A stretch of DNA of 64,000 bases from Schmidtea polychroa (GCA_044892525.1 CM097885.1:17548001-17612000), one strand, 5' to 3'. Counted from the stretch's first letter, positions 44,427 to 54,724 are shown. A program made the numbers and translations. Notes: a model not told the origin generated them from the sequence alone.

Positions 44427-44642
44427 GCAATACCGAGGATATAATTGGCCTATTAATAAATTTATTTAATAATTATCTAAATATTGTTGTAATATAGAAT
44501 GTTTAATATCTTTATTAACAATTGTTAGTAGTTATTCAGTTTTTTTATTAGACAATAATTATAAAACTGAATAACTATTAACAATTATTAATAAAGGAAA
44601 TATTATTAGCAGTTAGATCAAAGACATGGAAATTTAAAGGTA

Positions 44643-44719
<77 letters not shown>

Positions 44720-44772
44720 AGAGATATGTAGTTGCATGCTGACTGCAAACTACTGGTAGAAATTATGGGTCA

Positions 44773-44898
<126 letters not shown>

Positions 44899-44951
44899 AG
44901 AGAGATGTAGTTGCATGCTGACTGCAAACTACTGGTAAAAATTATGGGTCA

Positions 44952-45023
<72 letters not shown>

Positions 45024-45096
45024 TCTAAACTTAAATTATAACTTTCTCAAGAATATTTCAAAATTTTCTTCTACATTTTCATCGTTTTAAATTTTC

Positions 45097-45305
45097 CTCA
45101 TCATTTCATATAAATTTTCATCATCATTTCATATAAATTTTCATCATCTGTTCATATAAATTTTCATCATCTGTTCATATAAATTTTCATCATCTGTTCA
45201 TATAAATTTTCTTCATATAAATTTTTCAAATAAAATTGTTCAGGATTTTTCAAATAAATTTTCATCATCATTTTCTAATAAATTTTCATCATCTGTTCAT
45301 ATAAA
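45097..45305. repeat. ~23-bp tandem repeat
   Basis: TTCATATAAATTTTCATCATCTG units, bracketed by a short inverted repeat (AAACTTAAATTATAACTTTCT ~45026 / AGAAAGTTATAATTTAAGTTT ~45353). Confidence 0.8.
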
Positions 45306-45411
45306 TTTAAATCGTCAATTACAAATTTACAGCATTTTTTAAAATAATTTAAAGAAAGTTATAATTTAAGTTTATAAATAATTTATAAATAATTATGATT
45401 AATAAAAAATA

Positions 45412-46095
45412 TTATTCATGAAAAAAAAAACTAACATTTAGACTCTGAATCAGAGTCTGTTTCGTCCTCAGTGAGGATATTTCCAAAAACCTTCCAATAA
45501 AAGTAGAGGCAAAATCTGCTTCCTCCCCAATAGCAGTGGGGGCATCAATTAGCATTGTTTCATCAATGCGTGCAGCATAAATTGGAGCATCATCCTCAGA
45601 GAGGGCATACGGAATAGGGGCATCATTCAAAACATTTGAAGCTTCTAAATCATTTTTAAAAATTACATATAAAAATAATAAAAACTTACGAGTATTTTCT
45701 ATCATCGCATGTTCGATGCAAAACTCATTGTCGATATGATTAGGAATCATTTGACTATGTCCTAAAAAAAGGTTTTTAATTTAATACAATAATAATAAAA
45801 AATTACTTGATAAATCATCATCATCCTCACTAATGACTATTGTATCGTCATTGTCGCTAATAATTATAGGATCTTCATCATCGCTCACCATTATAACGTC
45901 TAAATAATAATAATAATAATATTAATAAATAAAAATAAAATTACCATATGTACAATTTAAATTAAATCCATCTTCATTTTCAGTAACTTCGTACCACAAA
46001 TCATCTATAAAATATAAAAATAAATAAAATAATAATATTTTGCCATTGCTGCCAGCCATCATACATCTTAGAATATTATTTTCTTGTCCTTCCAT
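45412..46095 (-). CDS. Maverick accessory acidic protein with three tandem SIM-like motifs; 5 exons
   Basis: Exons 46095-46044, 46004-45945, 45899-45807, 45761-45690 and 45644-45412. Introns are 39 nt (GC-AG), then 45, 45 and 45 nt (GT-AG), all phase 1. Introns 2 and 3 contain in-frame stops. Exon 3 encodes DVIMVSDDEDPIIISDNDDTIVISEDDDD. The 3' end is uncertain. Confidence 0.72.
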
Positions 46096-46524
46096 TTTGT
46101 AAAAATTTTAAATTAATTGTGACGAATTTGGAAATTGCAAATGTTTATAAAGAGATTTAAATTTTCCTGTCCCAGCCAATAAGATTTCGGTATACACACA
46201 TAGAAACTTAAATATTTTACTCTGTTAGCCAATCACATTGCATCTACACGTGCCTTGTTAATCACACTGTTTCCATGTGACTGTCTTTATTAGTCAGTTC
46301 TTTGTTAACATGCACTGTGCATGCACGGAGCATGTGATGGCTTTATGATAAGTTAATTAAAAATAATTAATAAGTTAATAATAACAATAAAATTAAAGTC
46401 TTTCTTATTAAATAATAATAAAAGTCTTTCTTATTAAATAATAATAAAAGTCTTTCTTATTAAATAATAATAATAAAAGTCTTTCTTATTAAATAACAAC
46501 AACAAAGCATACACTAAACATTTA

Positions 46525-46857
46525 TTAAACATGAAACTTTTTGTACAACAACCACGCCAAACAGTGTTGACCACATGTTTAAGTCAAGGGATTTTGAAAC
46601 ATAGTTTTATTATACACAATAGGTTTCCCCATTGTTTGTAGTTTTGATATCAACAAAGCCGGGTAATAAAAACCCATAGGATCGAACACGATTATATTAC
46701 CAGGTTTCATATATATAGCTATCCAATGTTCTCCACCAAGATGAGACGATTGAGTATTGACGATTATTGCTTGATTATTGCTCAAATATGGAATTTTATC
46801 AAGAGGAAAAACTCCAACAAATTCATTTCCCAATATCTGTTTTCCAATTCTCAGTAC
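46525..46857 (-). pseudogene. Adenain-like cysteine protease (in-frame TAA at 46579-46581)
   Basis: FVGVFPLD, IVNT...GEHWIA, FDPMG, then FQNPLT*TCGQHCLAWL. The catalytic His, Asp, Gln and Cys are all present. The start codon is unresolved. Confidence 0.92.
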
Positions 46858-46928
46858 CTGAACTTAAATAAATCCAGAGTATAAAAAAGAACTTACTCCA
46901 TGACAACTTTTTGTGTTTCAATATACAT

Positions 46929-48149
46929 TTATACCAACACAGTTCTATTTGCAGTAATTTGAACTTCATTTTCAAATACTCCATATATTATAACATGTAC
47001 TGGTTCAGTAATAGCTTTTGCAAACTTTATATCCAGTCGTAAATTTCCATTTTGAGGTAATTGACTTTGATTTAAATCAAAATCAGGGGCTAAAACAAAT
47101 GTAAAAAATGGGTATTTGCTTTTAAAATCCTCTAGAGTTATTCCGCAATTCAAATTTTTATCTAAATAACCCAGATTTCTAACAATACTCTGCATATATG
47201 TCGCACAGTAATTGTCATTCTCGAAATCTTGAATATATGTTTCTCTATAATCAGTATTTTTCGACAAAGTCAATGATGTAACACCAAAGTTTTTGAAAAT
47301 TGAGCTGGACGCAGTATATGATCCATTATATTGTGCTTCACTTTGAAATGTTATCAGAATAAAATTAGGCATTCTTCTGTCACCAAATATTTGTTCTTTA
47401 TAGAATGATGAAGCACCTTTAGCAATAGCAAATTGTACAATTTCCTTTGTTTTTAATGGATAAATTGCATGTTTTGAATTAAGACCCAATTGATGACCTG
47501 CTAATACTGAGGGGTCTACTCGAACTCTTCTCACCAATAATTTTGCATCAACTAATTGACATATTGTTGTAGTAGTTGCACTAATAAGAGATAATGCAGA
47601 ATCAGACCTTTTCAGTCTAATATGTACATTAACTCCCGGTAGTAAATATTTCGGTTGATCCATAAAATCAAGTTGTAATGATGAGCACATGGTGAAAACC
47701 TTTGAGCCTTTTACCCAATTTTTTCTTTCATCATCACTGCCATAGCCCATAGGAGTAAGACATGAATTTTTAGTATCGGAATTGTAATTTAAAATAGTTT
47801 CTATTAATGCCTTGTGAATGAATGTATTATTTCCGCCCTCAATCTTGATATTATTAAATCCCAACACTGCATCTTTAAAAAGAGTATGAAACAGGAAATT
47901 GTTCGGTATTACATCTGCATTGGCATCCAAAACTTTTCTATCTTTATCTACAACCTTAATCTGAACAGTCAATAAAGTATCGTTCAAATCTAAATATTCG
48001 GTTTGTGAACCATTAATATAAAACTCGATATCATTTCTACTATCGGTAATTGAATTCATAGGAAAAACTTCCTCAAATGCCCCAAATTCTATTACAGCCT
48101 GGGGCGACGGTCTATCAAATATACATAATTCAGATTTACCACAAATCAT
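46929..48149 (-). CDS. Major capsid protein (double jelly-roll, PY/hexon-like)
   Basis: Intact 406-aa ORF with Polinton MCP motifs KSEL.IF..P, IEFYINGS..EYLDL..TLL, QPKYLLPGV...IRLKR and GNLRLDIKFA. Confidence 0.92.
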   Translation of the reverse strand: MICGKSELCIFDRPSPQAVIEFGAFEEVFPMNSITDSRNDIEFYINGSQTEYLDLNDTLLTVQIKVVDKDRKVLDANADVIPNNFLFHTLFKDAVLGFNNIKIEGGNNTFIHKALIETILNYNSDTKNSCLTPMGYGSDDERKNWVKGSKVFTMCSSLQLDFMDQPKYLLPGVNVHIRLKRSDSALSLISATTTTICQLVDAKLLVRRVRVDPSVLAGHQLGLNSKHAIYPLKTKEIVQFAIAKGASSFYKEQIFGDRRMPNFILITFQSEAQYNGSYTASSSIFKNFGVTSLTLSKNTDYRETYIQDFENDNYCATYMQSIVRNLGYLDKNLNCGITLEDFKSKYPFFTFVLAPDFDLNQSQLPQNGNLRLDIKFAKAITEPVHVIIYGVFENEVQITANRTVLV

Positions 48150-49408
48150 TTTGCAAATATAGTTCCATGTCCTTTCATTCGTTTGTTTATACGTGATATT
48201 CCATGTCTTTTACGTTTTGGAGCTGGAGCTGGAGCTGGAGGTTTTTGAAACATACCTGCAACCCCAGGTAAAACTTTCCCTAATTCAGCTAAAGCATTTG
48301 TTTTTAGAGATGGTAATATTTTCTGTTCATTCATAATAACATCTTTTGCAGTTTTCATACCAAAACTACCAATACGTTTAAGAATAGGCAGGGCAAAACA
48401 ACCAATAGTTCTCAACCATCCTGATCCGTACTGTTTACCTTTTGGAAAGTTTATAAGTTTTCCACTATCATCACGAATATTTATTTCTATATTGTTTATA
48501 CATGAACTTGCTATTGGTAAATACATGGGATTATCGATATTTATATTGACAACTTCATCATGTTCATATTTTCCAATCCATACCGATTTCAAAAGAGGAA
48601 CACTGGAATCACCAACAATTATGGGTTCGATAATGTTAGTATATATGAACATTTGTTGATGATGTTCTAGTATTCTTGGTTTGCGTATACCAGTCGATTT
48701 TTCTCGATATTTTTGCCTATCTAATCCAAGTGAATTTGCCAAATTTTTATCAAATGTAACTTCGCAAATATCCTCATTCAAACTGAAGGTAAACATCAAA
48801 TCTTTCACAATTTCCAAATTTTTAAATATGTGTGAACAATTGAACTTTAAATATTTAAGTAAATCATCAAGTTTATCAAAATATAATTCATCAGCAAAGG
48901 TAAATGATTCTTCAACTTCATCATTATACGACACAGATATTTTGATTTCTTCTTTCATTACACTGTTTGCTTCAAATAGATTAAAACGTAATAAATACTC
49001 GGTCTCTGTAACAATATTTTTCAACTTATTGCAACCCATTCGTTTGGCATCTTCAATAGTTTCGAATGTTATTGTAAATGGTTTAAAATCTCAACTGAAA
49101 TTTAATCCATCCTTGTAAAACATATAGCAATGCGAATCTAATATTTGGTTCGGAATATGATATGTTTTATCATAATTACTAATAAAAAAGATACCGCTAC
49201 ATGTTTTCACAATATTCCTTCTGAAATCAATCGTACAATGACTATAAAATGGGAATGTGTTGTACACGAATGTAAAATCTTGCAGTGCAACTTCCCAGTC
49301 ACCATTTAAAGAAATCGGATTCTGGAGATTGACCATAAATTTACTGGCTTGATTGTCTGGATGAATTAATGGGCAACTATTGCTCGGTAAAATAGTATAA
49401 AAATTCAC
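48146..49408 (-). pseudogene. Minor capsid (penton) protein, in-frame TGA at 49091-49093, running in frame into a basic core-protein-like tail
   Basis: N-terminal FYTILPSNS...PDN..SKF...L..PISLNGDWEVAL and C-terminal FIYTNIIEP.IVGD..VPLL...PMYLP....INNIEINIRDDSG, followed directly by QYGSGWLRTIG..ALPILKRIG. The two track ORFs are in the same frame. Confidence 0.85.
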
Positions 49409-50037
49409 TTTACTAGGTCTTTTGCTGATATCCATGACGGGTTTTGATAACCATGCCATTTGACATAGTATTGTTTATCCTTACCGACCTTTTTAGTTTT
49501 CAATATTTTTTGAATTCTAAATACTTTTGGGGGAGTAATGACTTGTAATTCCTGCTCATAAAATTTCCCTTGTACAATATTATTGTCATTGTCTTTGATG
49601 ACATACATTACAGGATTCTGTTTAGTATTTATTTTTGAAATTACAAAGACTTCATCACTCCAATTTGTATCAAAATTTTTAATAAATGGTGATGCACTAA
49701 TTTTACTAATTCTAACATGGTCACCGACTTTATATTTAGGTTTTGCAATTTATACAGATTTCTTAGAAGTCAATGATGTTTTTGATGTAATATCAACAGG
49801 TCTCAATCCATTCAGTCCTCGATGTGATGAATGATTATAACTTGTTATTATTTTCGGTAAAGCATTTACCCATTTTTTATTACCTTGATGCACGAACAAT
49901 TTCTTTAATCTATCTCTCAATGTTCGATTAAATCTTTCAACATGGGCAGCTTTGTATTGAGAATGTACCGAGTAGTGATTTATTTTCAGTTTATCGAGGA
50001 TTTGCTTAACTTTGCTATTGTAGAATTCTTTACCTAA

Positions 50038-50117
<80 letters not shown>

Positions 50118-50505
50118 CTAAATCTGTTTGCAAGTTATTAGGATGTCCATCTTTAAATAAAATATTAATTGCCTTGGAAATTTCTTCTGCAGATTTTGCC
50201 TTGACTGGTATTGCTCGTGCAAACCTGCTGTATACATTAATACATGTTAAAATATATTTATTTCCATTGTTAATTTTCGAATAAGGTATCATCTCCATCA
50301 AATCCATTTGCCATAAATTGTCAATATTAAATGTTTTATATGCTCTTGTTGGAAATCTTTTCCGCATTGGTTTGTTCAAACTGTACGCAAGCTGATCTGA
50401 TAACCACTTCTGGGTTTCTTTTTTCGAATTCGGAACTCTTTACTTTAATTTTGCCACTCCACCGAAACCGGCTTCGTCTTCTGGGTTCGTCCAAATCTTC
50501 TCCAT
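49405..50505 (-). pseudogene. Retroviral-like (rve) integrase with C-terminal chromodomain; two in-frame TAA and one 84-nt intron
   Basis: One frame from ATG 50505: MEKIWTNPEDEAGFGGVAKLK*..WLSDQLAYSLNKP, WQMDL, LQTDLG[intron 50117-50034]KEFYN, VERFNRTL, YNHSSH, SV*IAKPKYKVGDHVRI and YYVKWHGY..PSWI. Stops are at 50440-50442 and 49750-49752. Confidence 0.93.
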
Positions 50506-50566
50506 TACAACAAGAAGATTTAAAATTAAATTTAATGTCGGGAAATGAAGGATTAGCACCCATTGT

Positions 50567-51094
50567 TTATGACTGTGTAACTCCACCTAATAATGATAAT
50601 GCCAGAGGTATCAATGCACCAATAAATCCACCTTGTTGTTTATATATAATTTTCCTCATTTGCTTACGATTTTTATTATTTACTAAAGATAACAATGGTT
50701 TCCTATGTTTGCTCAATAAATGCCTTTTTGATTTACTGATTTGATTTTTTCCTTTGACTACTTTAAGTATAATATTGAGTAAATCATCGACAACGAAATT
50801 TGGGAATGATTGCAATATATTCATTCTTTTCATACTCGGAGCCTTTAACAATGCATTAAAAAATGGAAAACTTCGATAATTTTTAACTACTTTTTTACTG
50901 GTTTTACTGGTTTTACGGGTTTTACGTTTAGGTTTAGGATTTTTCGAAATAAGATTCATTGCAGAGAAATTTTCAGTTACAAGTTTTTTAGATGGTGTAT
51001 AACTAGTTGTTGGTGGAACTTTTGGAACTTTAATACTCTTTCTAATACTTTTTCTTAATTTCCTAATATTTTTCACCCTTGCTTTTAGAAACAT
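50567..51094 (-). CDS. Basic core-like protein with QQGG|F motif and amphipathic C-terminus
   Basis: Very K/R-rich 175 aa ending KQQGGFIGALIPLALSLLGG. This type of ORF typically lies between ATPase and integrase in Polintons. Confidence 0.78.
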   Translation of the reverse strand: MFLKARVKNIRKLRKSIRKSIKVPKVPPTTSYTPSKKLVTENFSAMNLISKNPKPKRKTRKTSKTSKKVVKNYRSFPFFNALLKAPSMKRMNILQSFPNFVVDDLLNIILKVVKGKNQISKSKRHLLSKHRKPLLSLVNNKNRKQMRKIIYKQQGGFIGALIPLALSLLGGVTQS

Positions 51095-51112
51095 TATTAT
51101 TCATAGAGGTTT

Positions 51113-51739
51113 TCAACTTTGTTTATAAACCATGGCACCTTTTGGGTTGAAAATATCGGTTTTTACTCGTAAATCACCGGGACATTGTTGCGTGAAATCA
51201 AGAAATATATATCCATGAGGTATTTTTGTAGCATCTTGAAATGCACTGATAAGAAAATTACGATTGTTAGGGTATGCTTGACGTGCAAGAAAATCAATCA
51301 CTGTTGCATCTCTAGGATTCTTGAAAATAACTAAATATTGTACATTTAAATTACGTGTTCGATGTGCACCACCTTGATGAAATAGATTTTGTGTTATGAA
51401 AATAACTGTTACACCGACATGTCTGCTGATCTTTGTAAATAAATTATTAAAATCTTTTTCTTTATTAGCTTCTTGATACAGATCATCGATAATAATGACA
51501 TCACCTTTCTTTAATCGGCTGGACCAGTTTTTATCGAATCCCTTTACTATTTTCATGTTTTTTAATTTACAGAAACTTGATTGAGTTAATCCATGTTCTT
51601 CATCAGCACCCCTATGCCAATAAATCCTGTTGAATTTTGATTTGAATAAATTTGATTTTAGTAATTTACAAACAAATAATGTTTTTCCACTACCACTCGG
51701 ACCAACGATTTGGTATACTGCATCATTTCTTAATTCCAT
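51113..51739 (-). CDS. A32/FtsK-HerA-family DNA packaging ATPase
   Basis: Walker A GPSGSGKT, Walker B IIIDD, SRH, IFITQNLF and RTRNLNVQYLVIFKNPRD. Confidence 0.95.
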   Translation of the reverse strand: MELRNDAVYQIVGPSGSGKTLFVCKLLKSNLFKSKFNRIYWHRGADEEHGLTQSSFCKLKNMKIVKGFDKNWSSRLKKGDVIIIDDLYQEANKEKDFNNLFTKISRHVGVTVIFITQNLFHQGGAHRTRNLNVQYLVIFKNPRDATVIDFLARQAYPNNRNFLISAFQDATKIPHGYIFLDFTQQCPGDLRVKTDIFNPKGAMVYKQS

Positions 51740-51804
51740 TTCAAAAATTTTTTAAGTGTGTATTTGTTTATATTCAATGATTTAATGAACTCGTGCTCAA
51801 TTTG

Positions 51805-51812
51805 TATATAAA
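51805..51812 (+). promoter_or_regulatory. TATA box upstream of the TBP-like gene
   Basis: TATATAAA ~30 bp before ATG 51839, in the 100-bp divergent gap shared with the ATPase. The AT-rich background weakens this. Confidence 0.45.
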
Positions 51813-51838
51813 GACTAATTTTCATAAATGATTTAATA

Positions 51839-52276
51839 ATGTTAGCAAATATAAATTATCGAGGAAATTTTGATGTATCGAATATGAGGTTCCCACCCGG
51901 GAAACCCCAGCAAATTATCGATAGAAGCGGGAAATATCCGATAATATTTTTCAAGACTGGTAAATGTAGAATCATGGGATGTAAGAAACCCTTGGATATT
52001 AATAAATTACAATATCGAATAAATAATATTAAAATTCAATCAATTACCGTTACTATGGATATGGGACATAGTATCAATCTATATAACATGTCGAAAAAAT
52101 GTGATTGTATGTTTGAACCGGAATTGTTTCCGGCACTAAGACTATTAAAATATAACCCTATATGTGTCAACGTGTTTGCTAGTGGAAAGGTTGTCATGTT
52201 GGGGTTGAGAAATTTGGAGTATAGAAAATTTGTTGACAATGTTCGAAATGAGATAATTTCATTGGTCGATTTCTAA
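51839..52276 (+). CDS. TATA-binding-protein-like protein (145 aa)
   Basis: Two TBP repeats: IIFFKTGKCRIMGCK and IKIQSITVTMDMGHSINL...FEPELFPALRL...VNVFASGKVVMLG. Compare TBP ALIFSSGKMVCTGAK and FKIQNMV...YEPELFPGLIYR...LIFVSGKVVLTG. Confidence 0.88.
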   Translation: MLANINYRGNFDVSNMRFPPGKPQQIIDRSGKYPIIFFKTGKCRIMGCKKPLDINKLQYRINNIKIQSITVTMDMGHSINLYNMSKKCDCMFEPELFPALRLLKYNPICVNVFASGKVVMLGLRNLEYRKFVDNVRNEIISLVDF

Positions 52277-52350
52277 TTGGTTAATTTCTAATTGGTTATT
52301 GATTGATTTAAACAAACGGTTTTTTGTTTAGGATTCATTTATTCAACAAA

Positions 52351-52762
52351 ATGTACAAAATTCCAAGCGCAGCAAATATAATGAAAGATATTGACGACTA
52401 CGGTAAATTTTATATTTATTATTTTCATTTTTATATTTGTTATTTTAGAAAAATATTTAGAAGTGATGTTGAATCGGATAAAATATTATTACCCGCAAAT
52501 TGCAGAAATTATCAAGGATCGCGAACCTGAGATCATTCCAGATCTGATATTCTATGAGACTCAAATTCGAATCATGGAGGTATTCCATCAATTCCTATGG
52601 GATCTGAAGATCAATAGGACAATGAAACAAATGGAGACGGAATACCAATGCATCATCGGATGCTCATGTTGTGCCGATCGATATCGGCGATATGTTGAAT
52701 GGGAGTTAGTGAAAACTCTGAGAAGGTTTCACTACTCCCGGATTGTAGATATAGGATATTAA
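52351..52762 (+). CDS. Maverick hypothetical protein (121 aa, 2 exons, C..GCSCC cluster)
   Basis: Exons 52351-52402 and 52449-52762 are joined in frame across a 46-nt GT-AG intron. AATAAA follows the stop. Confidence 0.72.
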
Positions 52763-52838
52763 TAAATGTATTTTTTCTTTCTATCGTGTTTTTATATTTG
52801 AAATAGTAATAATATAAATAGTAATAGTAATAATATAA

Positions 52839-52873
<35 letters not shown>

Positions 52874-53001
52874 TATAATAATAATAATAATAATAATATA
52901 AATAATAATAATAATAATATAAATAATAATATGACACATAAATAATAATAAAACATTAATAATAATATGTCACATCAATAATATGAACATAAATGCAGCA
53001 T

Positions 53002-53080
53002 TAATGCAAATGACATGCAAATTTAAACAAAGACATGCTATAATCTGATTGGTTGATAGGCATGAGTCAAAGGTATAAAA
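53002..53080 (+). promoter_or_regulatory. Pol II-like promoter: two ATGCAAAT, AACAAAG, inverted CCAAT, TGAGTCA, TATAAAA
   Basis: The motifs occur in this order just upstream of ATG 53115. The ATGCAAATGACATGCAAATTTAA(A)CAAAGA block is repeated at ~53596-53624 before the next gene. Confidence 0.6.
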
Positions 53081-53114
53081 ACCCTGTAACATTTCAATTT
53101 AATCATTATTCACT

Positions 53115-53535
53115 ATGACCAAGAAAATTTCATGCACCGAAAAACCTATATAAATGGTACAACCAGTTCAAATGTTCCACAACTACAAAATGTATTTTTT
53201 GAAAGAAGAAATCAATATGAAATTGGTTGCACCGATCAAGCTAATTCCAACTAAATTTCAATTCTTATCCGGCACGCTTTCAATGATTGATGTCAAAACT
53301 ATTGATGATGTTTTTAAACGGTTAGATTCGAATCTATCATGTAATCAACATGCATGGTTCAACAATAGATATGCAAGATTTTATGATCTTTTATGATTTT
53401 TTTGATGAAATCAGTTTCAAAGAAAATGAAAATTGGTATATAACAATTGCAATCCAGGGATATAAAGTTGATAATAATGATGTATATTCTCCTATTTGGA
53501 AAATTATGTCTGCTAGACTTTCACAAATATTTTAA
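53115..53535 (+). pseudogene. Maverick hypothetical protein (in-frame TAA at 53151-53153; 10-bp duplication frameshift at ~53378-53397)
   Basis: Removing one TTTTATGATC/T copy joins track ORFs 53154-53396 and 53350-53535 (..YARFYDFFDEISFKENENWYITIAIQGYK..). Confidence 0.68.
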
Positions 53536-53661
53536 TGTTATATTTAATAAATGTTTTAGTCATATTTGTTTTTCTCTTTATTAATTGCAACATAAATGCA
53601 AATGACATGCAAATTTAACAAAGAAAATCTATAAACAAACTTAAAATATAGCTTTAAAGTG

Positions 53662-54038
53662 ATGAAAATGACTGCAGAAAAAGGTTAACATGATTAATTA
53701 ATTACCGAATTATTTATTATTTAGAATTATTAATCAACTTTTTGTTGGAAAAGTTAGCAGAAATAGCTGGTGTGAAAATTGAGGACATATTATCTGTTAC
53801 AAATGCATTAAATATCGGCTGGGTAGTTGAGAGTCAAGATTCAGGATTTGATGATCAGGAAGAAGAAACTCAAGAAACTGATACTCAAGAAATTGATGAG
53901 GAAATATATGAACCTATAGATGAACCTATAGAGGAACCTAAAGATGAACCTAAAGATAATATTACGAATGATTGTATTGATCATGTCGTTGAAAATATAA
54001 TGAAATGTGGAGATGACGACTGCGAATGTGTTAATTAA
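53662..54038 (+). CDS. Maverick acidic hypothetical protein (2 exons)
   Basis: Exon 53662-53683, a 41-nt GT-AG intron, then exon 53725-54038 give MKMTAEKELLINFLLEKLAEIAG... with an E/D-rich middle and Cys-rich end. Confidence 0.7.
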
Positions 54039-54107
54039 TAAATCTTAGTGTTTGTAAATTTATTTAAAATTTTATTTAAAAATCAAACAAAATAACTATA
54101 TTAATTT

Positions 54108-54619
54108 TTATTTAAAAAATCGCGATAAAGCATACAAAATAGCAACACCTGTTGCAAGTTTTATATAGTTTTTAAATTTCATTTTCTGTTCATCTATTTC
54201 CTTCGCATTTCTGGCGAGTTGATTCAGAGTTGATCCGCCATTGGCTTCAATCCATGGTTGAAACTTTGACTTGATTATCTAGAAAATATATATTAATAAA
54301 ATATAGATTATAAAAGTATTACTTCTTGAGACCACTGATAATAATGTTCAGAGTCCCATAAACTTCTTTCGATTATGATCTTCATATAAGCGAACCCTAC
54401 TAGTATTCGGGTCCACTTCATCTCATCATCGCATAGACAGTTAAAAATCCTATGAAAATAGAATTTTTTCGTTTCGAGGCAATCGCAATTGAGCACATCC
54501 TCATAATTAATGTGATTTCCTTCTATAATCTTTTCGGTCCGATCGACCAGGAAACTGAGGCTTTCCATAATCTTCTTGTTAATAAGTTCGCTTAAAAGAT
54601 TTTCCATAAAATGAGACAT
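54108..54619 (-). CDS. Bcl-2-family-like protein (155 aa, 2 exons, tail-anchored)
   Basis: Exons 54619-54323 and 54278-54108 with a 44-nt GT-AG intron. BH1-like FHRIFNCLCDDEMKWTRILVGFAY, BH2-like FQPWIEANGG and tail LATGVAILYALSRFFK. Confidence 0.82.
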
Positions 54620-54724
54620 TTCTACAATAATTTAAAATATGATGTTTTATTTATACTAATACCGTATGATTTTGATTGGTTGATAGACTATAAATGTAAA
54701 AGAAAGGTTTTGATTTGATACACC

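Noticed and set aside
46858..46928. Upstream exon and intron for the protease (ATG 46928, GTAAGT donor)
   Set aside because: Neither nearby AG acceptor gives the protease frame, so the start is left unresolved.
50336..50563. 75-aa ORF upstream of the integrase
   Set aside because: Wrong frame. The conserved integrase N-terminus is in the frame starting at ATG 50505, hidden by a TAA.
54480..54500. LxCxE Rb-binding motif in an accessory protein
   Set aside because: The sequence is LNCDC, which does not match.
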